DNA of 64,000 nucleotides from Acidobacteriota bacterium (GTDB lineage Bacteria > Acidobacteriota > UBA6911 > RPQK01 > JAJDTT01): contig CBDCJH010000002.1 in assembly GCA_965217775.1 (NCBI GenBank), forward strand, positions 2,688,001 through 2,752,000, read 5' to 3'. Below are positions 39,534 to 50,187 of this stretch, one piece after another (the stretch's first letter is position 1; each line of letters opens with the position of its first letter). The position numbers and the translations under genes are program-made. The notes beneath the pieces were generated by a model, which ran no database searches, was not told the DNA's origin, and saw only the letters and a program-made list of their open reading frames with translations.

Positions 39534-41330
39534 TCACCAACCCAGGGCGTAGCAGGCTCGGCGGGGGTCGGCGCCGGTGGCCAGGATTCCCGTGGCCGGA
39601 TCGCGCCAGGTGAGGGTGGCTCCCATTCCGCAGACCAGCGCCGGCACGACGTTGTGGCCCAGTCTCCCCAGCTCTCGGCGGGTGGACTCTGAGAACGCCT
39701 CCTCCAGCGAGAGTTGTCCCGGGAAGTAGACGTGGGGATAGAAGGAGTTGCGGAGGCTGTCGCTCCCGAAGCGGGGCGCCTCGATGGATTCCTGGATGTT
39801 CATCCCGAAGACCAGCACGTTGAGCAGGAGTTGCAGGTTGGCCTGGGCTTGATGGTCGCCGCCGGGGCAGCCGACGGTCATGACCGGTTGCCCGTCCTTC
39901 ACCACCAGGTAGCCGACCAGGGTGGTCCGGGGCCGCTTTCCCGGTTCCAGACCGTTGGGGTGGTCCGGCTTCAGGAAGAACATCTCGCTGCGGGTGCTCA
40001 GGGCACAGCCGATCTCGGGGAAGAAAACCGACTTGCCGAAAGACCCGCCGCTGGGCGTGGCACACACCAGGTTTCCATGATGGTCCACCACGGCGATGTG
40101 GGTCGTCCCCTGCTCGGCGTGGCTGGGTCCCTGAAGGGGCGAAGGGGATGGGGCCTCCTGGGACGGACGTTCCCGGGAGTCTTGTGAGTACTTCCAGGGA
40201 TTGCCGGGCGGCGGCGTGTCGGGATGCGCCTTGCCGGGGTCGAGGAGCCGGACCCGCTCGGCCGCGTATTCCATGGAGAGAAGTCCATCCAGGGGAACGC
40301 GGGCGAAATCGGGGTCGCCGTAGAAGGCTTCACGGTCGGCGATCGCCAGCTTCAATGCCTCCACCACGGTGTGGACGTAAGCTGGCGAGTTGTGGCCCAT
40401 GGCCCCGAGGTCGAAGTGCTCCAGGAGATTCAAGGTTTGCAGCAGGACCGGGGCCTGGGACCAGGTCCGCTGGCAGCAGATTTCGTAGCCCCGGTAACGG
40501 GTGCGGGCCGGCTCCTCGAACTTGGCCCGGTAGCCCGCCAAGTCCTCGGCGCTGAGAATCCCTCCGACACTGCGGGCGCATTCCACTAGGGTGCGGGCGA
40601 GGCGTCCCTGGTAGAAGTCTCGCCGGGCGGCCCGGATCCCCTCGATCCGATCCCGTGATCCCCCCGCGTCACAGGCGGCCAGCCGCCGCAACGTTCGGGC
40701 CAAACCGGGTTGAACCAGGAGTGTACCGGGACGGGGGAGTTCTCCGTTCTCGTAGAAGATCTCGTTGCCGCCGGGCGGGTACTGGTCGAACTGGTCCCGG
40801 GTGGCCTGGGAGTCCAGAGCGTCGATCATGTACTCGTAGTGCGGAAATCCCGCCTGAGCCAGGTGGATGGCCGGCTCCAGGACCTGGGACAGCGGGAGTG
40901 TCCCGTATCGCTCCAGGAGAGACAGATACCCGTCCACCGCGCCCGGAACCGTGAAGGAGAGATGGGCGAGGGGTCCGGGACCGGTGGGGATCTCGTCCAG
41001 TCCCTGACTTCGAAAGAAGTCGACCGTGGCCTGTTCGGGAGCCGTTCCCTGACCGCTCAGCGAGAGGAGATCGCCGCTCTCGGCGTCGTAGAGCATGAAG
41101 ACCGACTCGGCCGCAAGCGAGTACGACGCGACCGGTTCGGTCACGGCGGCCGCGAACCCGGCCGCTACCAGGGCGTCGAAGGCATTCCCGCCCCCCAGCA
41201 GCATGCCCATCCCGGCCATGGAGGTCAGGTAGTGGCCGCTGGAGATGACCCCTTGGGTGGCGTAGATCACCGGCCGGCCGGTGGGGGGCCGGCCGCTGGC
41301 GTCGGTCTGGGACGGGATCGGTCGAACCAT
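39534..41330 (-). CDS. ggt: Gamma-glutamyltransferase family protein (Ntn hydrolase)
   Basis: GGNAFDA, TVPGAVDG, FYQG, EALKLA.ADR..FYGDP, GTTH..VVD..GN.V..T.S, PGKRPRTTL, PGGD.Q, GADPRR. Confidence 0.88.
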   Translation of the reverse strand: MVRPIPSQTDASGRPPTGRPVIYATQGVISSGHYLTSMAGMGMLLGGGNAFDALVAAGFAAAVTEPVASYSLAAESVFMLYDAESGDLLSLSGQGTAPEQATVDFFRSQGLDEIPTGPGPLAHLSFTVPGAVDGYLSLLERYGTLPLSQVLEPAIHLAQAGFPHYEYMIDALDSQATRDQFDQYPPGGNEIFYENGELPRPGTLLVQPGLARTLRRLAACDAGGSRDRIEGIRAARRDFYQGRLARTLVECARSVGGILSAEDLAGYRAKFEEPARTRYRGYEICCQRTWSQAPVLLQTLNLLEHFDLGAMGHNSPAYVHTVVEALKLAIADREAFYGDPDFARVPLDGLLSMEYAAERVRLLDPGKAHPDTPPPGNPWKYSQDSRERPSQEAPSPSPLQGPSHAEQGTTHIAVVDHHGNLVCATPSGGSFGKSVFFPEIGCALSTRSEMFFLKPDHPNGLEPGKRPRTTLVGYLVVKDGQPVMTVGCPGGDHQAQANLQLLLNVLVFGMNIQESIEAPRFGSDSLRNSFYPHVYFPGQLSLEEAFSESTRRELGRLGHNVVPALVCGMGATLTWRDPATGILATGADPRRACYALGW

Positions 41331-41332
41331 GT

Positions 41333-41578
41333 CTACGCCATTGCGGATGGGATCAAACAACTGTTGCTGAATTCACCATCGCTCAAGAGCAAACCGGCCG
41401 CTGCAAGAACGATGGAGTTCACGGAGAGGAAGAACGTGTTTACAACTTGACGCCGCGCGGAAAGCGCTTCGGACGTTTCTACGAACAATCGATACTGCGT
41501 CAGCAACGCTTCCGCGTCGCCGGGCGCGGGTTCGCCGTTACGAAACAACTCATCATCAACTGACTTGTCGTTGTTCAT
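41333..41578 (-). pseudogene. Truncated membrane effector (SLATT/RipA-like), partner of the TIR gene
   Basis: QYRLFVETSEALSARRQVVNTFFLSVNS then one TM helix; ends abruptly beside the ggt start; overlaps the TIR gene end. Confidence 0.5.
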
Positions 41579-41975
41579 TGTACAGGTGAGCCACGATCGT
41601 CTTGATGTCCCACGGCATGGGTATTACACCGATTTCCACTAGCGCCGCCGGAGACCGTGCGGCATTTGATTCCAGGTAGACAGCCAGAACACGTCTACCA
41701 AGTTCCGCACTCCTTCGAACCTCCCAGTTCACCGGCTCGCTACGCCAAGTACTCTCGCCGACCAAACAGATCGTCACACTTGACGCTCGAATGAGACGCT
41801 CCGCATGAATCTTCCACGCACCTTCCACGGGTTCCTTGATGGAGTAGTCACGAAAATCTAAACCTGAATGGCCGTATTGCGCCTGATCTCGAAACAGATC
41901 GACGAGCGGCTTGTGCTCCATGGCGAAACTGAGGAACACCCCGGGGGGCGCTGAAGAGTACGTCATCTCCATCAA
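41556..41975 (-). CDS. TIR-domain protein (DUF1863/MTH538, ThsB-like)
   Basis: VFLSF, DYS..EP, I..SSVTICLVG..T..S..VNWEV..S...G..VLAV with the catalytic Glu; lower GC than flanks. Confidence 0.8.
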   Translation of the reverse strand: MMEMTYSSAPPGVFLSFAMEHKPLVDLFRDQAQYGHSGLDFRDYSIKEPVEGAWKIHAERLIRASSVTICLVGESTWRSEPVNWEVRRSAELGRRVLAVYLESNAARSPAALVEIGVIPMPWDIKTIVAHLYNEQRQVS

Positions 41976-42115
41976 ACGATTTTACAGGGTGATCCCAATT
42001 GTAACACTCCGCAGGACACTCGCTCCCCTTCCCTAGTTGTTCCTGCAGCGCCGCACCACGGCCCCTCCCGGTGTTGGGCGGGACCGAGGGGGAAATTGGG
42101 TTCCCGGTTGAGCGT

Positions 42116-42184
42116 GGGAGCGGGGGTTTGTAACCCCCGATTCCGGGTTGGCGATGAAGAGGGGGACTACAAGTCCCCCCTCTC
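42116..42184. repeat. Divergent REP doublet
   Basis: GGGAGCGGGGGTTTGTAACCCCCGA ... GGGGGACTACAAGTCCCCCTCTC with compensatory stem changes. Confidence 0.6.
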
Positions 42185-42220
42185 AGTTCGAGCTTGTCGT
42201 GGACGGCGGGCCGTGGTCGG

Positions 42221-43687
42221 TCAGGCCAGGATTCGGTCCAACACCTCGCCGTGGACGTCGGTGAGGCGGAAATGGCGGCCCTGGTACTTGTAGGTCAGCC
42301 GCGTGTGGTCGATGCCCAGGCAGTGGAGGAGGGTGGCCTGCAGGTCGTGGACGTGGACCGGGTCCCGGGTGATGTTGTAGGAGAACTCGTCGGTCTCCCC
42401 CAGGACCACGCCCGGACGGACGCCGCCGCCGGTCATCCAGATGGTGAAGCACCGGGGATGATGGTCGCGGCCGTAGTCGGACTCGGTCAGCGGTCCCTGG
42501 CAGTAGACGGTCCGCCCGAACTCGCCGCCCCAGACCACCAGCGTGTCCTCCAGCATTCCCCTCTGCTTCAGGTCCTGCACCAGCGCGGCGGAGGCCTGGT
42601 CGGTGGCCTTGCACTGCTTGGGGAGGGCGGTGGGCAGCTTCCCGTGTTGATCCCAACCCCGGTGGAAGACCTGGATGAATCTCACCCCCCGCTCGGCCAG
42701 GCGCCGGGCGAGCAGACAGTTGGAGGCGAAGGTGCCCGGCTTTCGGGCGTCCTCGCCGTAGAGCTGGAAGATGTGATCCGGCTCGCCGGACAGGTCGGTG
42801 AGCTCGGGCACGGAGGTCTGCATGCGAAAGGCCATTTCGTATTGGGAGATCCGGGCCGAGATCTCGGGGTCGCCCGACTCTTCCAGCTTGATCCGGTTCA
42901 AGCGGTTCAGGGCATCCAGAAAATGCCGGCGGCTATCCCGTCCGAAGCCCTTGGGATCGGAGAGGTAGAGGACCGGATCTCCGACCGAGCGGAACTTGAC
43001 CCCCTGGTAGCGGCTGGGCAGGAAACCGCTTCCCCAGAGGCGGTCGTAGAGCGGCTGTCCTCCGGTCCCCTGGGTGACCATGACCACGAACGCCGGCAGG
43101 TTGCTGTTCTCGTTCCCCAGACCGTAGGCCAACCAGGAGCCCAGACTGGGCCGCCCCGCGATCTGCGCGCCGGTGAGGAGAAAGGTGACGGCCGGATCGT
43201 GATTGATGGCCTCCGTATGCATGGACCGGATGAAGCAGAGGTCGTCGGCGATCTCGGCGGTCCGGGGCAGGAGTTCGCTGATCCAGGCTCCCGACTGGCC
43301 GTGTTGGGCGAACTCGTAGATGGACGGAGCCACGGGAAAACTGCCCTGTTCGGAGGTCATGCTGGTGAGCCGCTGGCCCTGGCGGATGGACTCGGGCAGT
43401 TCCTCGCCGCGGCGGGGGGCCAGGGCCGGCTTGTAGTCGAAAAGGTCCATCTGGGAGGGCCCCCCCGACTGGAACAGCCAGATCACCCGCTTGGCCGTGG
43501 GGGCGAAGTGGGGCAGGGGTGGGACTCCGGGCAAAGCCGCTGTTCGTGTCCCGTCTACGGCGGTCTTTGCAGCCTGAAGGTCTTCCTGGAGCAGCGACCC
43601 CAGGGCGGCGGTCCCGATTCCGGCGGCTGTGGCGCCGAAGAAATGGCGACGGGTCTGCATCAGTCGATATCGGTTCCAGGGATCCAT
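42221..43687 (-). CDS. DUF1501 domain protein (Tat-type signal)
   Basis: TRRHFF; [72 protein letters not shown]. Confidence 0.93.
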   Translation of the reverse strand: MDPWNRYRLMQTRRHFFGATAAGIGTAALGSLLQEDLQAAKTAVDGTRTAALPGVPPLPHFAPTAKRVIWLFQSGGPSQMDLFDYKPALAPRRGEELPESIRQGQRLTSMTSEQGSFPVAPSIYEFAQHGQSGAWISELLPRTAEIADDLCFIRSMHTEAINHDPAVTFLLTGAQIAGRPSLGSWLAYGLGNENSNLPAFVVMVTQGTGGQPLYDRLWGSGFLPSRYQGVKFRSVGDPVLYLSDPKGFGRDSRRHFLDALNRLNRIKLEESGDPEISARISQYEMAFRMQTSVPELTDLSGEPDHIFQLYGEDARKPGTFASNCLLARRLAERGVRFIQVFHRGWDQHGKLPTALPKQCKATDQASAALVQDLKQRGMLEDTLVVWGGEFGRTVYCQGPLTESDYGRDHHPRCFTIWMTGGGVRPGVVLGETDEFSYNITRDPVHVHDLQATLLHCLGIDHTRLTYKYQGRHFRLTDVHGEVLDRILA

Positions 43688-43694
43688 GGCGGCG

Positions 43695-46600
43695 TCACTC
43701 CTTGGTAATGGCCTCGTCCAGGTTCAGGATAACGCTGGCGAGGCCGGCGTAGGAAGCCAATTCTTGCGGGTTCAGATTCTCATTCCGGGCCGACGCGCCT
43801 GCGGAGAGGTAGTCCAGTGCCTCCCGGGGCCGGGACTTGAAGTCCTGCTCGAACCGCTCCAGGGCCTGGAAAAGAGCGGTCTGCTCGGACGGCCGGGGCC
43901 AGCGGGCGGTGACCAGACGGAAACCGTAGGCGACACGAGCCAGAGGTGTGGCGCCGCCCTCCACGAGCATGCGCTCGGCCAGACGGCGGGACGTCTCCAG
44001 ATAGGTCTCGTCGTTCATCAGGTTCAGGGCCTGCAGCGGCGTGTTGGTGCGGTCGGTCCGCACCACACAGGCTTCGCGGGTGGAGGCGTCGAACGTCACC
44101 ATGGCCGGCGGCGCTATGGTCCGTCTCCAGTACGTATAGAGACTTCGGCGATAGAGGCTCGCGCCCTGGTCGGCTTCGTAGCCCCGCGTGCGGAACGTCA
44201 ACTCCGTCCAGAGACCGGGGGGCTGGTAGGGCTTGACCGACGGTCCCCCCGGTTTCTCCACCAGAAGCTCCGAAACGGCCAGGGCCTGGTCCCGGATCAC
44301 CTGGGCCGGGAGGCGAAAACGGGGCGCCCGGGCCAGCAACAGGTTCTCCGGGTCCCGCTCGGACAGCTCCGGCGACTGACGGGAGGACTGGCGGTAGGTG
44401 GCGCTGGTCACCACGGTTCTGAGCAACGCCTTGACGTCCCAGCCGCTCTCCATGAACTCCGCGGCCAACCAGTCCAGCAGCCGGGGATGGGTGGGCCGGT
44501 CGCCCTGGGAGCCGAAGTCCTCGGGAGTCCGAACCAGACCGGCTCCGAACAGCTTCTGCCAGAGACGGTTCACCGTCACCCGAGCCGTCAAGGGGTTGGA
44601 CCGATCCACCAACCAACGAGCCAGGCCCAGGCGGTCCGGGACCGGCGCCTCGAACTTCGAGTCCAGGGCCGCCGGGACCCCCGGCTTCACCGGCTCCGTG
44701 TGGGCGTCATAGGCGCCCCGGTCCAGAATGTAGGTCTGGCGCCGCTGGGACCGCTCCTTCATGACCATCACAGTGGGAATGGTGTCGTAGTGGTCCTGGC
44801 GCCGTTGCTGCGCCTCCCGCAGTTCCTGGACGGCCTGCCGAACGGCCTCCGGGGCGTGTCCGCCCTCCAGGAAACAGAGGTCCAGCTTGTCCTGCCGGGT
44901 GACACTGCGTTTCGATGGATCCAGGGCCGCGATCTCCGAGACCGGATCCAGGAGGCCGATCACCCGCGCTTCCCGGTCCGAGAGTGCCCGATCGTAGATC
45001 CGGACCTCGTCGATGAACCCGTCGAAGCGGTCGTCGGGACCCTCGCCGGCGCCGATCCGGAGGTCCCGTTTGGGACCCATGGGGTTGAGCAGGAAGTCGA
45101 ACAGCACCACCGGCTCCTGCAGGACGCCGTCCAGGTGGAGCCGGAACCCGCTCGCGTTGCGTTTGCCGTCGTAGCTCAAGACGACGTGATGCCAGCGGTT
45201 CCGCTCCAGGACCTGCTCCGTCTCCAGACGCGCGCCCAGATCCGACCAGCGGTAGGTGAAGTTGAAGCGCAACTTCCCTTCCCTCAGATAAAGGCCGTAG
45301 CCGCGCCCCCGGAACCGGTCCACGACGCTGGAGAGGATGGCCCCCTGGCCGGACCGGGGATAGAACCAGGCGGAGAGGGTGAACGGGTCCATGTAGTCGA
45401 AGCTGGCGACGGGACCGCCGTTGACGAACCGCCCGTCGAAGCGGCCCGCCTGACCCTTTCGTCCGGGCACGAATTCCAGTTTCGGCTCCGGGCCTCCGTC
45501 CAGGAAGGGAGGTTCGGGCAACGGCTCCTCCGGCTCGGCCGCCGTCGCCTTCTCCTTGGCCTGTTCCTTCTCTTTCTCCTTCTTCTTCTCGGCTTCCTCC
45601 TCCCATACCCGCTTCAGGTTCCCTGTGGTCTCGACCCAATCGCGGTCCAGGGGGAAATGCACCAGCAGGCCCCGATCCAGGGTCCAGTCCTCGCGCCGGC
45701 CCTGTTCCCGGACTTCCTCTTCCCAGGTGCGCTGGGCTCTTCTCCGTTCGTCTTCCAACTCCTCGAGGCGGAGGCTGACCATCCGAACCTGGTCGTCCAG
45801 CTCCTCCAGACGCGCTTCCTGCGACGCCGTCGGCGCCTTGGCCACCGGATCTTCGTTGCCGTAGTTGTAGACGAAGCCCCGCTCGGGGACGTTGTTGAAG
45901 AAGGCGAAGAACCGGTAGTACTCCCGCTGGCTGATGGGGTCGTACTTGTGATCGTGGCAGCGGGCGCACCCCACCGTCAGCCCCATCCAGACGGTCGAGG
46001 TGGTCTCCACCCGGTCGGCCACGTACTCGACCCGCAGCTCCTCGTCGATGGAGCCCCCTTCGGCGCTGGTCCGGTGGTTCCGGTTGAATCCGGTGGCGAC
46101 GATCTGATCCCGTGTCGCTCCCTCCACCAGATCCCCCGCCAGTTGCTCGATGGTGAACTGATGGAAACCGAGGTTCCGGTTGAAGGCGTCGATGACCCAG
46201 TCCCGCCAGCGCCACATCTGACGGATGCCGTCACTCTGGTAGCCGTTGGTGTCGGCGTAGCGGGCCGCTTCGAGCCAGCGAGCCGCCATGTGCTCCCCGT
46301 ACCGGGTGGAGCCCAGCAGGCGGTCCACCAGCTTCTCGTAGGCGTCGGGCGCAGGATCCCGCAAGAAGCGGTCCAGATCCTGGGATGAGGGAGGCAGACC
46401 CGTCAGGTCCAGGGTCACCCGCCGGATCAGCGTCTCCCGTGCGGCCTGGGGCGAGGGCGCGAGGCCGTTCTCTTCCAGGCGGTGCAGGACGAAGGCGTCC
46501 AGACCGTTGCGAACCCATCCGCGATTTTGGACTGGAGGCGGGTTTGGCCTGCGGACCGGGAGGAAGGCCCAGTGAGGCTGCCACCGGGCGCCCTGGTCGA

Positions 46601-46973
46601 TCCAGTTCTCGACCTGGCGAATCTGGAGATCGCTCAAGGGCTCGTGGCCCAGAAAGCCGGGCGGCATTCGGGAGGCCGCATCGGGGCTGGAGATCCTTTG
46701 GAAGAGGGGGCTCTGCCGGGCGCTGCCGGGAACCACGACTGGCCCCTTTCCGTCCCGCTCCGCGGCGATGCCGTCAGCGGTGTCCAGACGCAGGGAGGCT
46801 TGGCGCTGGCCGGCGTCGGGGCCGTGGCAGGAGAAGCATTTCTCGGAGAGGATGGGGCGAATGTCGCGGTTGAAGTCGATGTCGGAAGGGGCGGTTTTCG
46901 CGGCCGCCAGTCCCGGGAGGGCAACTGCCAGACACCAGCCTAAAAAGCAGATCACGGACCGAAGTTCTGGCAT
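43695..46973 (-). CDS. Planctomycete-type cytochrome c / DUF1549 / LamG / DUF1553 protein
   Basis: [49 protein letters not shown], LamG insert, [23 protein letters not shown]. Confidence 0.93.
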   Translation of the reverse strand: MPELRSVICFLGWCLAVALPGLAAAKTAPSDIDFNRDIRPILSEKCFSCHGPDAGQRQASLRLDTADGIAAERDGKGPVVVPGSARQSPLFQRISSPDAASRMPPGFLGHEPLSDLQIRQVENWIDQGARWQPHWAFLPVRRPNPPPVQNRGWVRNGLDAFVLHRLEENGLAPSPQAARETLIRRVTLDLTGLPPSSQDLDRFLRDPAPDAYEKLVDRLLGSTRYGEHMAARWLEAARYADTNGYQSDGIRQMWRWRDWVIDAFNRNLGFHQFTIEQLAGDLVEGATRDQIVATGFNRNHRTSAEGGSIDEELRVEYVADRVETTSTVWMGLTVGCARCHDHKYDPISQREYYRFFAFFNNVPERGFVYNYGNEDPVAKAPTASQEARLEELDDQVRMVSLRLEELEDERRRAQRTWEEEVREQGRREDWTLDRGLLVHFPLDRDWVETTGNLKRVWEEEAEKKKEKEKEQAKEKATAAEPEEPLPEPPFLDGGPEPKLEFVPGRKGQAGRFDGRFVNGGPVASFDYMDPFTLSAWFYPRSGQGAILSSVVDRFRGRGYGLYLREGKLRFNFTYRWSDLGARLETEQVLERNRWHHVVLSYDGKRNASGFRLHLDGVLQEPVVLFDFLLNPMGPKRDLRIGAGEGPDDRFDGFIDEVRIYDRALSDREARVIGLLDPVSEIAALDPSKRSVTRQDKLDLCFLEGGHAPEAVRQAVQELREAQQRRQDHYDTIPTVMVMKERSQRRQTYILDRGAYDAHTEPVKPGVPAALDSKFEAPVPDRLGLARWLVDRSNPLTARVTVNRLWQKLFGAGLVRTPEDFGSQGDRPTHPRLLDWLAAEFMESGWDVKALLRTVVTSATYRQSSRQSPELSERDPENLLLARAPRFRLPAQVIRDQALAVSELLVEKPGGPSVKPYQPPGLWTELTFRTRGYEADQGASLYRRSLYTYWRRTIAPPAMVTFDASTREACVVRTDRTNTPLQALNLMNDETYLETSRRLAERMLVEGGATPLARVAYGFRLVTARWPRPSEQTALFQALERFEQDFKSRPREALDYLSAGASARNENLNPQELASYAGLASVILNLDEAITKE

Positions 46974-47067
46974 GATCCCCCGCGGCCATCCCCGGTCGGA
47001 TGCCGTAATGACAGTTGCCGACGGCTGGGAGACATCATAGTCAAGAGGGGTTGCTCAGGCAACGACA

Positions 47068-47237
47068 GGAGGGGCGATTTCCAGTCGCCCATTCTTCGTT
47101 TTGCCCACTTGGAAGACGCTACGCGGAGTGGGGACTCCGTCCTCCCAAGACCCCCCTGGTCGGCGGTTGGAAACCGCCGCTCCTCGGCGACAAGAAAGTC
47201 GCTCCCCCCCAATCGGCGATTGGAAATCGCCGCTCCA
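47068..47237. repeat. REPIN-like 116-bp unit (47068-47183) plus two extra REPs
   Basis: Outer inverted GGAG-footed hairpins; the spacer is homologous (inverted) to 50043-50160 and partly to 57830-57885. Confidence 0.82.
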
Positions 47238-47298
47238 GCCGATTCTCAAGTAGGATAGCGGCTGAGTTTGGATCGGGGAGCCACGGAGGGCGCAGATT

Positions 47299-48606
47299 TT
47301 GGACCAGACGACAGGCAGCTTGCGGGCGGCCAGAGCACCCGCTTCTCGCCGAGCCGTCGTTTCCTGGTGCTTTTACGACTTCGCCAATTCCCCCTTCACC
47401 ACCTTGGTGGTGACCTTCATCTATTCATCCTACTTCACCCAGGCCATTGCCCCCGACGCGATCTCGGGGACGCTGTCATGGTCCCGGGCCGTTACCATCA
47501 CCGCCTTGGCCGTGGCTCTGCTGTCGCCGATTCTGGGAGTGGTGGCCGATCAAGGCGGCTACCGCAAGTTCTTCCTGCTGCTCTGGACCGGCGCCTGCGT
47601 CCTCTTCACGGCCCTGCTCTACCTGCCCCTCCCGGGCCAGGTCTTCCAGGCTCTGCTCTGGTTCACTCTGGCCAACATCGCTTTCGAACTGTCCTTGGTC
47701 TTCTACAACGCAATGCTTCCGGATATCGCTCCCCAAAATCGCATCGGGCGCATCTCCGGGTATGGGTGGTCCCTGGGTTATGTGGGCGGACTCGCCGCCA
47801 TGGCCGTGGCTTTCGTGGGTTTCGTGGATGCGGCCACTCCCTGGTTCGGTTTCAGCCGGGAGGCCGGTTCGCACATTCGGGCCACGAACCTGGTGGTCGC
47901 CGCCTGGTATGCCGTCTTCACCGTGCCCCTGCTGCTCTGGGTTCGAGAGGTCCAGCCTCGAGCCCGGTTGTCGTCCCGAATGCTGTTGTCTTCCTTCCAC
48001 CATCTGGCGGTCGCCCTCCGCGACGTGCGCCGTTACCGGGAAATCACCAAGCTCCTCCTGGCCCGGCTGCTGTACAACGACGGTCTGGTGACCATCTTCG
48101 CCTTCGGCGGGATCTATGCCACCGGGACCTTCGGCTTCACCTTCTCGGAACTGATGATCTTCGGGCTGGCCCTGAATGTGGCGGCCGGCGTCGGCGCCTT
48201 CTTACTAGGGCACTTGGACGACCGGATCGGCGGGAAGCGGACCATCCAGATCAGCCTCTGGGGGCTCATCATCGCCGCCTTCGTCGCCATCCTGACCAGC
48301 AGCCGCGCCATGTTCTGGGGCGCCTGCATCCTGATCGGCATCTGCTCCGGTCCCAACCAGTCCGCCAGCCGTTCTCTCCTGGGCCGTTTCGTCCCGCGGG
48401 ACAAGGAGAACGAGTTCTACGGCCTCTTCGCCTTCTCGGGCAAGGCGACCGCCTTTCTGGGACCCTTTCTGGTGGGCGTTTTGACCAGCCATTTCGACTC
48501 CCAGAGGGTGGGCATGTCGACCATGATCCTCTTCTTCGCCGCCGGCCTCTGGCTCCTCCGGTACGTCGACGAGGAAAAGGGCTGCCGGGAGTCGGGAAGG
48601 AACTGA
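47299..48606 (+). CDS. MFS transporter, UMF1/Atg22 family
   Basis: SW..YDFANSPF, SPILG..AD, VFYNAMLP, GRISGYGW.LGY.GG, YNDGL, QSASRSL, EFYGLFA.SGK. Confidence 0.88.
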   Translation: MDQTTGSLRAARAPASRRAVVSWCFYDFANSPFTTLVVTFIYSSYFTQAIAPDAISGTLSWSRAVTITALAVALLSPILGVVADQGGYRKFFLLLWTGACVLFTALLYLPLPGQVFQALLWFTLANIAFELSLVFYNAMLPDIAPQNRIGRISGYGWSLGYVGGLAAMAVAFVGFVDAATPWFGFSREAGSHIRATNLVVAAWYAVFTVPLLLWVREVQPRARLSSRMLLSSFHHLAVALRDVRRYREITKLLLARLLYNDGLVTIFAFGGIYATGTFGFTFSELMIFGLALNVAAGVGAFLLGHLDDRIGGKRTIQISLWGLIIAAFVAILTSSRAMFWGACILIGICSGPNQSASRSLLGRFVPRDKENEFYGLFAFSGKATAFLGPFLVGVLTSHFDSQRVGMSTMILFFAAGLWLLRYVDEEKGCRESGRN

Positions 48607-48711
48607 TGCCGCTACAAGGCAGGTGCCGTTCGACATCCCCGATGGGACCGGGTTATCCTTTCGCGGGTTTGTGATTCCGGCGTTTGGAAAAATCAGTGTG
48701 AGGAGAATTTC

Positions 48712-50043
48712 ATGACTCAGAGCGTTGCCACGATAGCGGAAAGTTTTCGAGCCCGGACGGCTCGTTCGCGCGAACTGTACGAGGGAGGGACCTCGTATAC
48801 GGCGGGTCCGGCCAAGGGGGCCTACTACTACCGTCCCTATCCTCTCACCATGGACCGGGGAGAGGGCACTCGTCTCTGGGACGTAGACGGGAACGAATAC
48901 CTGGATTGCGCCAATCACCACACGGCCCAGGTGCTCGGGCACAACCATCCTCGAGTGACGGAGGCCGTCTACGCCCAGATTCCCAGGGGCTTGGCCGTGG
49001 GCGCTCCCATGGGGACGGAAGCCCCCATCGCCGAGGAGATGTGCCGAAGGGTCGACTCTCTGGACCGGATCCGCTTCGTCAATTCGGGAACCGAAGCCAC
49101 CCTGCACGCGATTCGGCTGGCTCGCGGATTTACCGGGAAGACGAAGATCGCCAAGTTCGAAGGGGGCTATCACGGCAGTCATGATCCGGTGGAGGTCAGC
49201 GTGGCGCCGCCTCTGGCCAAGGCGGGCCCGGCCCACGCGCCCAACTCGGTTCCGGGGGCGGGGGGGAGTTCTCCCAGCGTGGCCGATGAGGTCGTGGTCC
49301 TGCCCTATGACGACGAAGAGGCGGTGGAACGGCTCATCGTGGAGAACCGGGAAGATCTGGCCTGCGTCATTTTCGATCCCAAGTGCGGGATCCTGCCCAT
49401 CCGGCCCGAATTTGCCCAGGCGGTGCGACGGATCACGCGGGAGAACGGCGTCCTCCTCATCTTCGACGAGATCGTCGCCTTCCGCACGGCTCCGGGAGGG
49501 CTCCAGGCCGTATTCGGCATCGACCCCGACCTGACCTGCTTCGGGAAGATCGTGGGCGGCGGGTTCCCCGTCGGTGCCTTCGGGGGGCGGGCCGACCTGA
49601 TGGATCTCCTGGACAGCAGCAAGCCGGGGACCGGGTTTTCCCAGAGCGGGACCTTCAGCGCCCATCCCCTGGCCATGGCGGCCGGCCTGGCGATGCTCCA
49701 GGAACTGACGCCCGAAGCCTGCGATCACCTGAACCGGCTCGGGGACCGTCTCACCAGCGGCCTCAACCGGATGTTCGCCCGCAGAGGCATCATCGCCCAG
49801 GCCGTCAACACCGGCTCCGTCTTCAGCATCTACTTCGGCGACCACGAGCTGCGGAACTACCGCGACCTGGCCGCCCTCGACAGTTCACTCGTGGCTCCCA
49901 CCTTCCTGGCGCTGCTGGAGGAGGGCTACTTCGTGGGTCACACGCTGGGCATGTGTGCGCTCTCGGTGCCGATGACCGACGGCGATATCGACGGACTGAT
50001 CGAAGCGACCGGCCGGGCCATCGTCCGGGCTCAAGCCGAATAG
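48712..50043 (+). CDS. Class III aminotransferase, glutamate-1-semialdehyde 2,1-aminomutase-like
   Basis: DVDGNEY.D, RFVNSGTEAT..AIRLAR, KFEGGYHG, LLIFDEIV, FGKIVGGGFPVGAFGG, GTFSAHP. Confidence 0.88.
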   Translation: MTQSVATIAESFRARTARSRELYEGGTSYTAGPAKGAYYYRPYPLTMDRGEGTRLWDVDGNEYLDCANHHTAQVLGHNHPRVTEAVYAQIPRGLAVGAPMGTEAPIAEEMCRRVDSLDRIRFVNSGTEATLHAIRLARGFTGKTKIAKFEGGYHGSHDPVEVSVAPPLAKAGPAHAPNSVPGAGGSSPSVADEVVVLPYDDEEAVERLIVENREDLACVIFDPKCGILPIRPEFAQAVRRITRENGVLLIFDEIVAFRTAPGGLQAVFGIDPDLTCFGKIVGGGFPVGAFGGRADLMDLLDSSKPGTGFSQSGTFSAHPLAMAAGLAMLQELTPEACDHLNRLGDRLTSGLNRMFARRGIIAQAVNTGSVFSIYFGDHELRNYRDLAALDSSLVAPTFLALLEEGYFVGHTLGMCALSVPMTDGDIDGLIEATGRAIVRAQAE

Positions 50044-50187
50044 GAGCGGCGACTTTTTTGTCGCCGACCAGGGGGGTCTAGGGGGGACGGCCGTCCCCCC
50101 TCGGCGAAGCGTCTTCCAACCGGGCGAAACGAAGAATGGGCGACTAGAAATCGCCCCTCCCAGTGGGCGATTGGAAATCGCCCCTCC
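50043..50187. repeat. REPIN-like unit plus an extra REP between convergent genes
   Basis: GGAGCGGCGACTTTTTTGTCGCCGA ... GGGCGACTAGAAATCGCCCCTCC, GGGCGATTGGAAATCGCCCCTCC; both flanking TAG stops abut the GGAG feet. Confidence 0.82.

Noticed and set aside
43629-46388. Long antisense or alternate-frame ORFs (e.g. 43629-46388 +, 14106-16556 +, 2656-4671 +, 21064-23235 -, 53791-55845 -, 57817-59925 -)
   Set aside because: Shadow ORFs of well-supported genes in a high-GC genome, with low-complexity R/G/P-rich translations and no motifs.
48712-50043. Assigning hemL
   Set aside because: GSA-aminomutase-like but divergent (lacks the PGGVNSPVR N-terminal motif) and with no tetrapyrrole context.
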